A stretch of DNA of 61,896 nt from an uncultured Candidatus Saccharibacteria bacterium. GTDB lineage: Bacteria > Patescibacteriota > Minisyncoccia > UBA6257 > 2-01-FULL-56-20. Numbering within the stretch: the stretch's first letter is position 1; every line of letters starts with the position of its first letter. The position numbers and the translations under genes were made by a program. Of this stretch, positions 8,832 to 16,889 are shown one piece after another. Under the pieces are notes generated by a model, which saw nothing but the letters and a program-made list of their open reading frames with translations, searched no databases and was not told the origin of the DNA. The stretch spans positions 746,194 to 808,089 of the forward strand of contig OZ246418.1 of the NCBI GenBank assembly GCA_965231155.1, given 5' to 3'.

Positions 8832-9878
8832 CTGTTTTTTAATTGTAACTCACTTTCGATAAACATATCAATCTCTCCGTCGAGCACTTTATCCACTTGG
8901 CTTGTTTCTGTCTCGGTACGATGATCCTTGACCATCTGATACGGATTCAGGACATACGAACGAATCTGATTTCCCCACTCGGGCTTAATAGTCGTTCGCA
9001 ACTCTCCCAACTCTTTTACTTCTTTCTCTTCAAGTAGTTTGAAAATCTTGGCTTTCAGAAGTGCTAAAGCGCGTTCACGGTTCTGAGCTTGCGAACGTTC
9101 AACACGCGAACCCGCAGAAATTCCAGTCGGAATATGAATAATACGCACTGCGGTCTCCACCTTGTTCACATTCTGGCCACCGGGACCACCAGCTCGAGAG
9201 AACTCAACTTTCAGATCACTTTCTGGAATCTGAATTTTTTCTTCATCGATTTTCGGCAAGACCGGCAACACTTCAACCAAAGCGAAAGAAGTATGACGAA
9301 GTTGCTTGGCTGAAAATGGCGACATTCGTACTAAGCGATGCACGCCAATCTCGCCCTTCAGATATCCGTAGGCATAACTCCCCTGGATTTCCATAGTCCG
9401 ACGATTGGAGTTGTCGTCGATAAGTACCGTCTTCCAATCTCGACGCGCGGCGTATTTCTCGTACATCTCAAAAAGCATTCTCGCCCAATCATCAGCGTCA
9501 TCCCCTCCAGCGCCAGGAAAAATTGCCAGAGTTGCCGATTCCTTATCGTGAGCTTTCGTAAAAAGTTGTCGAAGCTCAAGTTGTTTTAACTGTCGCTTGG
9601 TCTCGTGAAAAAGATCCACCGACTGCTCTTCTGGTGATGTATTCAGTGTGACAAGTCCCGTTTCAACTTTATGATACTGATCGAGGAGCTCTTTTATTTC
9701 TCCTAACTCTTTTATTTTTTGATCGGCTACAATACGGTCCGCCCAAAAAGACGGCTCACTCATCGCGGTCTCCAATTCTTTTGCTCGTTTTTCTTTTGTG
9801 GAAAGGTCAAAGCCACCCGCCTACACGGCGGGCCTGTTCCTGCAACTCGTCTAGTTCTTTTTTGAAATCATTATTCAT
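8828..9878 (-). CDS. prfB: peptide chain release factor 2; requires a programmed +1 frameshift, join(9878..9810, 9808..8828)
   Basis: ORF0 is [23 protein letters not shown] followed by an in-frame TGA. The +1 frame continues [22 protein letters not shown]... SPF and GGQ motifs are present. Confidence 0.9.
9806..9821 (-). promoter_or_regulatory. RF2 autoregulatory +1 frameshift site
   Basis: The minus strand reads GGC GGG TGG CTT TGA C, with the CUU UGA C slippery/stop context (CTT 9812-9810, TGA 9809-9807). Confidence 0.85.
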
Positions 9879-10098
9879 TGATGTACTCAAATCGTGGCAT
9901 TATCTTACCATCCCGCTCGATAGTTTCCAAAAACATGGCTTTCGGCCGAATCCAGTAGTGTTTCTCGCTGGCTCGCTCACCTGAGATGTGATGATACACC
10001 ACGTACTCCTCCTGTGTTTCACTATGCAACGCAATGCCAATTACCTCCATGATATCTCCTTTAAAGTGGCGATATTTCCCGATTTTTATTTCATCCAT
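9871..10098 (-). CDS. DUF1653-like small protein
   Basis: GKYRHFKG....V..IA.HSET.EE.VVY pattern. TAGAAT lies 7 nt upstream of the ATG. Confidence 0.7.
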   Translation of the reverse strand: MDEIKIGKYRHFKGDIMEVIGIALHSETQEEYVVYHHISGERASEKHYWIRPKAMFLETIERDGKIMPRFEYINE

Positions 10099-10119
10099 AC
10101 TATGTATTCTAACAGATTC

Positions 10120-10195
10120 TGGAGCCGATGGTCGGAATCGAACCGACGACCCACACTTTACGAAAGTGTTGCTCTACCAACTGAGCTACATCGGC
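10120..10195 (-). tRNA. tRNA-Thr (anticodon CGU), CCA encoded
   Basis: The reverse complement GCCGATGTAGCTCAGTTGGTAGAGCAACACTTTCGTAAAGTGTGGGTCGTCGGTTCGATTCCGACCATCGGCTCCA folds as a cloverleaf by eye. Confidence 0.9.
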
Positions 10196-10272
10196 AAGTA
10201 CTCCACATACTACCTCGGTTCTTATTGAGTTTCAAATACCGATACCTAATAATGGAAAATTAGGAATGAGGG

Positions 10273-10830
10273 CTACTTCTCAGTCCATTCATATGGAATA
10301 TAGACTTCGGAACCCCAAGTCAATGAAAGCTCTCCGCCTCGATTGTCTATTCGAAATTCAGTTTTTAAGACATACTTCTTCCCATTTGATGTCTTAAAAA
10401 AAGTTAACCCCCGAAATTGATCAAACTTATCGATTCCTCCGCTTTGATTAATCATCTGCTCCAATGTTTGACCTCCTTTAATATCCCCAAAAATAGTACT
10501 CCCAGGAAGTATACTCGAATGACCATCCCGACTTATGCTCGTTTTCTGTAAAGCTGACCCGACATCTTCCTTGGTTATGGTGAATTGATAAAAATCAACC
10601 TTGGCCTTCCCTAAATTTGTGAATTTAAAACCTGTCTTCGGAGGGGTAGGACTCTCCCAGTCAACTCTTAAGTTTGGCTCATAATCACGATCTAATAAAT
10701 TCTGACTAATGGAGTTTTGGACAATACCGACATAGAGAGCTCCCAACAAAGCAAAGAAAGCAACTACTAAAGTAAGCCCCGAAATCACAGTCTGGACAAT
10801 GACTATGCAATTATCTTTTTTGCTATCCAT
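10273..10830 (-). CDS. hypothetical membrane-anchored protein
   Basis: The start is moved to MDSKKDN (10830), because the track ORF N-terminus runs into tRNA-Tyr. There is one TM segment. Confidence 0.6.
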   Translation of the reverse strand: MDSKKDNCIVIVQTVISGLTLVVAFFALLGALYVGIVQNSISQNLLDRDYEPNLRVDWESPTPPKTGFKFTNLGKAKVDFYQFTITKEDVGSALQKTSISRDGHSSILPGSTIFGDIKGGQTLEQMINQSGGIDKFDQFRGLTFFKTSNGKKYVLKTEFRIDNRGGELSLTWGSEVYIPYEWTEK

Positions 10831-10838
10831 AAAATTTG

Positions 10839-10922
10839 TGCGCCGGGTAGGATTCGAACCTACGTAGCCCATAGGGCACCAGATTTACAGTCTGGGGCAA
10901 TTGACCGCTCTGCCACCGACGC
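10839..10922 (-). tRNA. tRNA-Tyr (anticodon GUA) with long variable arm, no encoded CCA
   Basis: The reverse complement is GCGTCGGTGGCAGAGCGGTCAATTGCCCCAGACTGTAAATCTGGTGCCCTATGGGCTACGTAGGTTCGAATCCTACCCGGCGCA. Confidence 0.9.
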
Positions 10923-10934
10923 ATTTTCTTACCT

Positions 10935-11321
10935 CTAATCCTCCATCTCCTGGATATCAGAAAGGAGATCTCCTCGGCGAGGAGTTTGGGCCACCCGGCC
11001 CGTCATCTCCTTGAATTCAGTGAGAATTCCCTCCTCACCGCCCTTTAGTTTTGTCTTTTTTAGCCAGCCAGTCAAGTTATTATCAAAGCGCAACAAAAAC
11101 ACATGAACTCTCCTTAAAAATCGATGAATCAAACGAACGAGGAAAGTATCAAGTTTCTCTAAGAATCCCGAAGCTGTTAATCGCTTCCATAAACCGGATT
11201 GCTCGGGAACGAAGATCATCTCGTCTTCAAGTCGCGAGAGGCCACGAACACTCAGGTACAGTAATCCTCCAAAGGAGATCATGAGTGCCAGCGTGAACAC
11301 GAACTGGACAAAAACGAGCAT
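10935..11321 (-). CDS. hypothetical membrane protein
   Basis: N-terminal TM segment; no recognisable motifs. Confidence 0.5.
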   Translation of the reverse strand: MLVFVQFVFTLALMISFGGLLYLSVRGLSRLEDEMIFVPEQSGLWKRLTASGFLEKLDTFLVRLIHRFLRRVHVFLLRFDNNLTGWLKKTKLKGGEEGILTEFKEMTGRVAQTPRRGDLLSDIQEMED

Positions 11322-11345
11322 TTGAAAATGTATGTATAAAAGAAA

Positions 11346-11795
11346 CTAAACTGACATCCGAGAAAAACCACCAATGCGAATATTTTCACCAACGCGAGAA
11401 GCTACCTCTTTAATCAAGGCATCAATAGTTTTATTCTCATCACGAACATACGGCTGAGCAAGAAGTTCTTCGTTATTTTCTGGAGCGGCAGCGGCGATAT
11501 GCATCACCAACTCCTTAGCTAACTGCTGGAAGTCATCAGAACGCACAACAAAGTCGGTCTCGGCACGCAGATCGAGCAAAACACCGATTCGGCCATTATG
11601 CACATAAGACTCGATTAAACCGGCACCGGCCTCGCGACCAGAACGCTTTTCTACTTTGACCAATCCCCGTTCGCGAACAAGTTTCAGAGCTTCATCCACA
11701 TCGCCCTTGGCGTCATCCAATGCTTTTTTACACTCCATTACTCCGGCACCAGTCATATCTCGCAAACGTTGCACATCGCTCATTGAAATAGCCAT
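11346..11795 (-). CDS. tsf: elongation factor Ts, short form (149 aa)
   Basis: N-terminal UBA-like RLRDMTGAGVMECKKALDDAKGDVDEALKLVRERG. It is much shorter than the E. coli protein. Confidence 0.85.
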   Translation of the reverse strand: MAISMSDVQRLRDMTGAGVMECKKALDDAKGDVDEALKLVRERGLVKVEKRSGREAGAGLIESYVHNGRIGVLLDLRAETDFVVRSDDFQQLAKELVMHIAAAAPENNEELLAQPYVRDENKTIDALIKEVASRVGENIRIGGFSRMSV

Positions 11796-11895
11796 GGATT
11801 TATAAAATTATGTTAATTGATATTAGACACTCTCGAATTATAGACAACGGACCAGATGAAATGGCCGTTTCAAAAATCCGAGATACTTCTCTATT

Positions 11896-12669
11896 CTACT
11901 TTATTTCTGGACTGTGAGAAACAGAAGGCTGTGGAGAAACCGGTGGAACTGAGGAAACAGGAGCGGCTACTTTTACTTTGGCCAAAGCTTCGCTCACCTT
12001 TCCAATGAACCAACCGACACTCATCTTGGACTTGGTGTTTCCAAGAACCAAATAATCAACCATATCCGGATCGCTCATGGTATCACCAAAAGCTACCACC
12101 GGAATCTTCATCAACCGCGCCTCCTTAACTGCCGTTACGTGCAAATGAGGATCGATTACAATAAGAACTTTTGGCAGCTCAGTCATCTTTTCAATACCTC
12201 CAAAGAGTTCCTCCATGCGAATGATATCCCGTTCGATATCCAAACGCTCTTTTTTCTTCAGATGCTCAAAGGCATTTGCCTGAAAATCAGTACGAGTTTT
12301 TATGAAGTGATCCTTGCGACCAATCAAACTCTTAAAGTTGGTGAGAATACCACCAAGCCAGCGACGTAATACGCCTGGAAAACCGAACTGCTCCATAAAC
12401 GCCTTGACGGATTCCTGAGCAGCCGGCTGAGTACCGACGATAAGAATACCTCCACCAGCCTCTCGAATCTTCGACAGAAAGGCGATAGCTTCATCCATCG
12501 CATCAGCAGTCTTCGTGAGGTCGATCAACTCGATACCTCCACGATTCCCAAAAACCAAGTTCTTTACCTTGGGATTTGTCTTGCTCTTGTGGCAACCATA
12601 AAAAACACCGGCATCAACCATCTCCTGGATGCGGGCTTCGAGCACTGGGTTTTGTTCAGTAGTTTCCAT
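11896..12669 (-). CDS. rpsB: 30S ribosomal protein S2
   Basis: MVDAGVFYGCHKSKTNPKV aligns to the S2 N-terminus. The start is taken at METTEQ (12669), not the longer track ORF. Confidence 0.9.
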   Translation of the reverse strand: METTEQNPVLEARIQEMVDAGVFYGCHKSKTNPKVKNLVFGNRGGIELIDLTKTADAMDEAIAFLSKIREAGGGILIVGTQPAAQESVKAFMEQFGFPGVLRRWLGGILTNFKSLIGRKDHFIKTRTDFQANAFEHLKKKERLDIERDIIRMEELFGGIEKMTELPKVLIVIDPHLHVTAVKEARLMKIPVVAFGDTMSDPDMVDYLVLGNTKSKMSVGWFIGKVSEALAKVKVAAPVSSVPPVSPQPSVSHSPEIK

Positions 12670-12718
12670 AAACAGATATGGGACAGAGTATAGAGGAAAA
12701 GGCCTAGTTTGTAAACCC

Positions 12719-13432
12719 CTATTCCGAGATTCTGAAACTGGCAAGAATTTCCGAGTAAATGTTTCCTATACTCCCACTAAAAACAATTAAACCCTCTGAA
12801 ACGGTTGCCTTAAAGTCAGTGCTTCCACAAGAGAGATATTCATTCCCAGGGCTACAAACTGAGGTTGTTTTACAAAAATGCACACTACCAATCTGAACCT
12901 TTTCTCTTAACTCTCCATCTCCCTCCGAAGAAACTGACGAGATACAGTCTCGATTAGGGGCATAGCTTGAGAATGGATTGAACGCTATCAACACTTCATC
13001 TCCTAAAATATAGCCCTCCGGCCCACCTTGGAGAGGCTTTGGATGATCAATAAGGTAGTCGCAAGGGAAAATCGCAGCTACAATTTGTTCTTTCCCTAGT
13101 TTGATCTCTCCGCTCTCAACAATACATCGGTCTTTCGGATATGAAAGCTCAAACCCATACTCCTTATTTCTATACAACTTCCAAGTCGAAGTACTTGGAC
13201 TAGTCGGAACAGTGGAAGAACCTTGAACAACGGGGCGATTCTGGTTAAAGATTTTTTCGGTAGGAGTATTCTGAAGTGATCCAATGCTGACTGATTTTTG
13301 TTCTTCCCTCTGGCGATTATAAGGGGCGCTCTGTCTAGAATTTTTATAGTACCAAATCCCTCCTACGCAAATTACCATACCAGCAAGAACTAGAATGCCC
13401 ACTGCTGACGCAAAGCCCTTACGATTATTCAT
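12719..13432 (-). CDS. hypothetical signal-anchored secreted protein (shares the motif W-x-x-YRN-xx-YGFE with 56487-56960)
   Basis: N-terminal TM segment and WKLYRNKEYGFELSYPKD. TATAAT lies 6 nt upstream of the ATG. Confidence 0.6.
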   Translation of the reverse strand: MNNRKGFASAVGILVLAGMVICVGGIWYYKNSRQSAPYNRQREEQKSVSIGSLQNTPTEKIFNQNRPVVQGSSTVPTSPSTSTWKLYRNKEYGFELSYPKDRCIVESGEIKLGKEQIVAAIFPCDYLIDHPKPLQGGPEGYILGDEVLIAFNPFSSYAPNRDCISSVSSEGDGELREKVQIGSVHFCKTTSVCSPGNEYLSCGSTDFKATVSEGLIVFSGSIGNIYSEILASFRISE

Positions 13433-13478
13433 GTGAAAATTATAACGGATCCGTAAGAAATGTCCTAACTAAACCCAA

Positions 13479-14051
13479 CTAGAATTCCACAGCAATTTTG
13501 GCCAGACGGCCGTCGTTGAAAGGATGTTTTATTTCACGCATTTCGGTGGCTAGGTCGGCTCGATCGATAATCTCCTGTGGTGCGCCCCGGCCAGTCAAAA
13601 TGACCAACTTCTCATCGGCGACATCTTTTAGCGCCTCGAGAACTTCGGCAATTTCTACGAGATTCAATGATAAAGCGACATTCAACTCATCAAGCACAAT
13701 GAGATCAAAGTGATCGAGTTCTTCGCGGAACATCTTCAAGGCATTCCTGGCCGCCGCTTTATGATCCTCGAGTGGCAAGGAGTCACCAAGAATACCAACA
13801 AACCCTAAGCCCATCTTCCGAATCTCAAAACCATAGAGATTCTCAAGTCCTTCCATCAAACTGGAGTCGACTTTATCCAACTTCGATTTTTGATCCCTAA
13901 TTTTCTTGGTAATAAAATCCTCGCCTGACTTCCAAGGTCCTTTGATGAACTGGATCATCAAGGCTTTTTTATCGCGACCCAAAACCCGCACAACTTGTCC
14001 CAAGGCAGCTGTCGTTTTTCCCTTCCCATTGCCAGTAAAAACAATAATCAT
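13479..14051 (-). CDS. CobA/CobO/BtuR-family P-loop protein (cob(I)yrinic acid a,c-diamide adenosyltransferase-like)
   Basis: VFTGNGKGKTTAALG, IQFIKGPW, VLDELN, LTGRGAP and KHPF motifs. Confidence 0.8.
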   Translation of the reverse strand: MIIVFTGNGKGKTTAALGQVVRVLGRDKKALMIQFIKGPWKSGEDFITKKIRDQKSKLDKVDSSLMEGLENLYGFEIRKMGLGFVGILGDSLPLEDHKAAARNALKMFREELDHFDLIVLDELNVALSLNLVEIAEVLEALKDVADEKLVILTGRGAPQEIIDRADLATEMREIKHPFNDGRLAKIAVEF

Positions 14052-14055
14052 AATT

Positions 14056-14730
14056 TTAAAATTGGAATGACTCTCCTATCTCTAACGGTCTAAAGTCGGC
14101 CCAGCCACCATCGAAATATTTCTCCCACATCAAGTACTGTCGCTCACGAAACTGATCGAGCACAAATCCGTCATGACAAGGAATAATATGCTGGGCCTGA
14201 ATCGACTGGGCAAACTCGGCAATCTCTGAAACCTTTCCCCAGGGAGCAAGGATTGGCAAAGCCAACACCTTAATGCCCTTGAGCTCTCTTAACGAATAAC
14301 TCAAAGAATCGCCAGTCGTGAGGAAGGTTTCATTCACAAGGAAGGCGGTATTTTTAGGAGTCGGCATGAGAAGCTGTTCGTGATCGGCTTCAATAGCGCG
14401 TACCCGAAGACTGCCAATTTTTTTCTCCTCGCTTTCGAAAATTGTACACGCGATATTCTCTTTATTTAAAACTTCCTGCACGTCAGAGTTTGTAAAAACT
14501 AACGCACCAGGGTTATTCCTGAGGGTTTTTTTCAGGGCTTCGATATCGAGATGATCGGGATGACTGTGTGTGATAAAAACGGCCTGGATATCAGTGAAGA
14601 TATCTGGATTCACCCGGCCCTCCATAAAAGAAAATATTCCAGGGTCAAAAAGGATACGATCACTCCCCTCCTCAACCAAAAAACAGGAATGGAAATATTT
14701 TGTGAGTTGCATATCTGTCGAGTATATCAA
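14056..14730 (-). CDS. MBL-fold metallo-hydrolase
   Basis: HSHPDH (the HxHxDH motif), with further His/Asp ligands downstream. Confidence 0.8.
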   Translation of the reverse strand: MIYSTDMQLTKYFHSCFLVEEGSDRILFDPGIFSFMEGRVNPDIFTDIQAVFITHSHPDHLDIEALKKTLRNNPGALVFTNSDVQEVLNKENIACTIFESEEKKIGSLRVRAIEADHEQLLMPTPKNTAFLVNETFLTTGDSLSYSLRELKGIKVLALPILAPWGKVSEIAEFAQSIQAQHIIPCHDGFVLDQFRERQYLMWEKYFDGGWADFRPLEIGESFQF

Positions 14731-15842
14731 ACAATCACGCCACCGCCCAAAAGTTGCCCTTTAGTATCATAAAAAACCGCCGACTGACCTGGGGCCACAA
14801 ACCGTTGTGCCTCCTTGAAAGTCAGAGCAAACTCTTCTCCTTTCTTATACAATCGGGCAGGAGAAAGCTTCTGGCGATATCGAACCCTGGCGAACACTGC
14901 CAAACCGGTCTTAGGAATCGATACCTTTAGAGAAGTAGTACTGAAATTCCTGAAGAGTAGTTCTTTTTTATAAAGTGCTTCGTGATTCCCCCCTTCGGCG
15001 ACAACAAGAGTGTTTGTTTCTACGCTTTTTGAAACCACATAATGAGCCTTGGTGTCCACCTCACCATGAATCCCCAACTCACGATTCTTACTTTTCAGAT
15101 CTAGGCCATGTCGCTGACCAATCGTATAAAACGTCGCCCCTTCGTGCTCGCCAATCTTTTTTCCCTCAGTTGTAATAATTTCTCCTTTCTTTTCTGGAAT
15201 GTAATCTTTGAGAAACTCAACGATAGAAACCTTGCCTAAAAAGCAAATTCCCTGAGAGTCCTTTTTCTCGGCAGTTGAGAGCTTGGCCTTTTTGGCAATT
15301 ACCCGCACTTCCGATTTCAGGTACTCACCAATCGGAAAGATACAGTGCTTCAGTTGCTTTTGCGTCAGCGTCCACAAAAAATACGACTGATCTTTGTTTT
15401 TGTCTTTGGCTTCAAAAAGTTTGTAAACACTCTGATTCTTTATTTTTGTTTTTTTAACCCTTACGTAATGCCCAGTGGCCACGTAGTCCGCGCCCATCGA
15501 TAACGCCTTCTCTAAAAATAAACCGAACTTAATCTCCCGATTACACATGACATCCGGATTGGGCGTGAGGCCTTTGCGGTAGCCATCGATCATATATTCA
15601 ACGACACGTTTTTTATACTCGTCCTCGAAATCCCAGGTGTAAAAAGGAATTTCCAACTGACCAGCGACCCGACGCGCATCTTCGGCGTCTTCTTCGGCAC
15701 ACCCATCGATATTATAGGAACGCATGAATACGCCCACGAGGTTGTAGCCCTGCTTCTTTAAAAGATAGGCGGTAACGGAAGAATCCACGCCTCCCGACAT
15801 CCCCACGAAGACAGTTTTCTTATTTTTTATAGTTGACCGCAT
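14727..15842 (-). CDS. mnmA: tRNA-specific 2-thiouridylase MnmA
   Basis: PP-loop VGMSGGVDSS, the catalytic Cys context and DSQGICFLG. Confidence 0.95.
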   Translation of the reverse strand: MRSTIKNKKTVFVGMSGGVDSSVTAYLLKKQGYNLVGVFMRSYNIDGCAEEDAEDARRVAGQLEIPFYTWDFEDEYKKRVVEYMIDGYRKGLTPNPDVMCNREIKFGLFLEKALSMGADYVATGHYVRVKKTKIKNQSVYKLFEAKDKNKDQSYFLWTLTQKQLKHCIFPIGEYLKSEVRVIAKKAKLSTAEKKDSQGICFLGKVSIVEFLKDYIPEKKGEIITTEGKKIGEHEGATFYTIGQRHGLDLKSKNRELGIHGEVDTKAHYVVSKSVETNTLVVAEGGNHEALYKKELLFRNFSTTSLKVSIPKTGLAVFARVRYRQKLSPARLYKKGEEFALTFKEAQRFVAPGQSAVFYDTKGQLLGGGVIV

Positions 15843-15894
15843 TGGATGGTTATGGTACTAAATTTATAGCATACTAGGCAATGGGAGGCGGAGA

Positions 15895-16122
15895 ATGTCT
15901 GGAAACCGGAAAATCGACCTACTGGCCGAAGGGATCCAGGAGACTTCTCTCCGCGGGATTCCCCCAGCTATTGCTGGGAAGATTGCGAAAGCTCGAGCTC
16001 AGGCAGCGATTCGTCGTGGTGACGAACTGACCATTGTAACGGTTGGAACGCTTAATCCCACTCGCGATGGGGTTGGCGCACAAGTTCAACGCGTGGTAAG
16101 GAGGAAGACACAGTGCGATTAA
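15895..16122 (+). CDS. GC-rich hypothetical protein (75 aa)
   Basis: GGGAGGCGGAG box before the ATG; GC-rich relative to the flanks; no family recognised. Confidence 0.45.
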   Translation: MSGNRKIDLLAEGIQETSLRGIPPAIAGKIAKARAQAAIRRGDELTIVTVGTLNPTRDGVGAQVQRVVRRKTQCD

Positions 16123-16304
16123 TCGCCAGCGGAAAATGGGATAAGTCTAGTCGTGACTGGAAAATGGTGGTGGCACTACCGCCACCCAGCCCTCCGACTG
16201 ACTATGACCCGATCGAGGGATTCACGGGGTTGAAAGAATTCACCCCAGACGGAAAGGTCTTTCGCCTCGCTGACTACCGAAACAAAATCAAGCCCCTGAC
16301 GTAA
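16113..16304 (+). CDS. GC-rich hypothetical protein (63 aa), translationally coupled to the previous ORF
   Basis: GTG start preceded by AAGGAGG, overlapping the previous ORF by 10 nt. Confidence 0.45.
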   Translation: MRLIASGKWDKSSRDWKMVVALPPPSPPTDYDPIEGFTGLKEFTPDGKVFRLADYRNKIKPLT

Positions 16305-16338
16305 TGTCATGTGGGCTTTTTTTATTTGACTCTTCCTC

Positions 16339-16367
16339 TTGACTTATGTTTTCTGCGGGTGTGTAAT
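16339..16367 (+). promoter_or_regulatory. promoter for 16415-16801
   Basis: TTGACT (16339-16344), 17-nt spacer, TGTAAT (16362-16367). Confidence 0.45.
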
Positions 16368-16414
16368 TTTTCTTAGCCCATCAATCTCGGTGGAGGTGAA
16401 GAGGAGAGGGTCTG

Positions 16415-16801
16415 ATGAACAAATTGGATGTCTTGGTTTTGGTCCAGAAGGCCAGAACCAAAAAGGGGCTAAAAAAATCCCTTGAATGCTTCCGGGAGTC
16501 CTGGCTGACATTCACCGATCAGCAGAAACGTCACACATCAAGCGTCCTACTTATGATGCTCGATGATGCCAGTGACGAGATCGGTGAACTCTCGTCGAGG
16601 GACAGTCGTAGGTTGCGTTTGAGCGCCGTCAAGGAATTCAGTATTCTTGTCGGTCTTTGCGGAATGACTGGGGAGGTAGATCTCATTGCTCGAGCCGCTC
16701 AAATGACTCAACGAAGCCTGAGTCAGGCGAGTAGCTGGAAAAACCTCCTCTGGCAACCAGTTCAGCAAGTTCAGGCGCTAGTCACTCAGTACCTGAACTA
16801 A
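16415..16801 (+). CDS. GC-rich hypothetical protein (128 aa)
   Basis: GGAGG-rich leader and a terminator downstream; no family recognised. Confidence 0.5.
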   Translation: MNKLDVLVLVQKARTKKGLKKSLECFRESWLTFTDQQKRHTSSVLLMMLDDASDEIGELSSRDSRRLRLSAVKEFSILVGLCGMTGEVDLIARAAQMTQRSLSQASSWKNLLWQPVQQVQALVTQYLN

Positions 16802-16830
16802 TCTCATCGTTCTTTATTTTCCTTTTACAC

Positions 16831-16858
16831 AATCCCTGCAAATCGCATGGGATTTTTT
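16831..16858 (+). terminator. intrinsic terminator
   Basis: AATCCCTGC-aaatc-GCATGGGATT (1-nt bulge) followed by TTTTTTAT. Confidence 0.6.
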
Positions 16859-16889
16859 ATTCAAGTTGAGTGACGTATAATTGAAGACA

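Noticed and set aside
10831-10872. N-terminal extensions of track ORFs: 10831-10872 into tRNA-Tyr, 12670-12744 (rpsB), 3256-3351 (ccdA), 42820-42978 (suhB-like), 42895-42924 (beta-CASP), 54243-54308 (CYTH) and 56961-56993.
   Set aside because: The extensions overlap tRNA genes, neighbouring CDSs or promoters. Internal starts fit the family N-termini and the local -10 or SD signals better.
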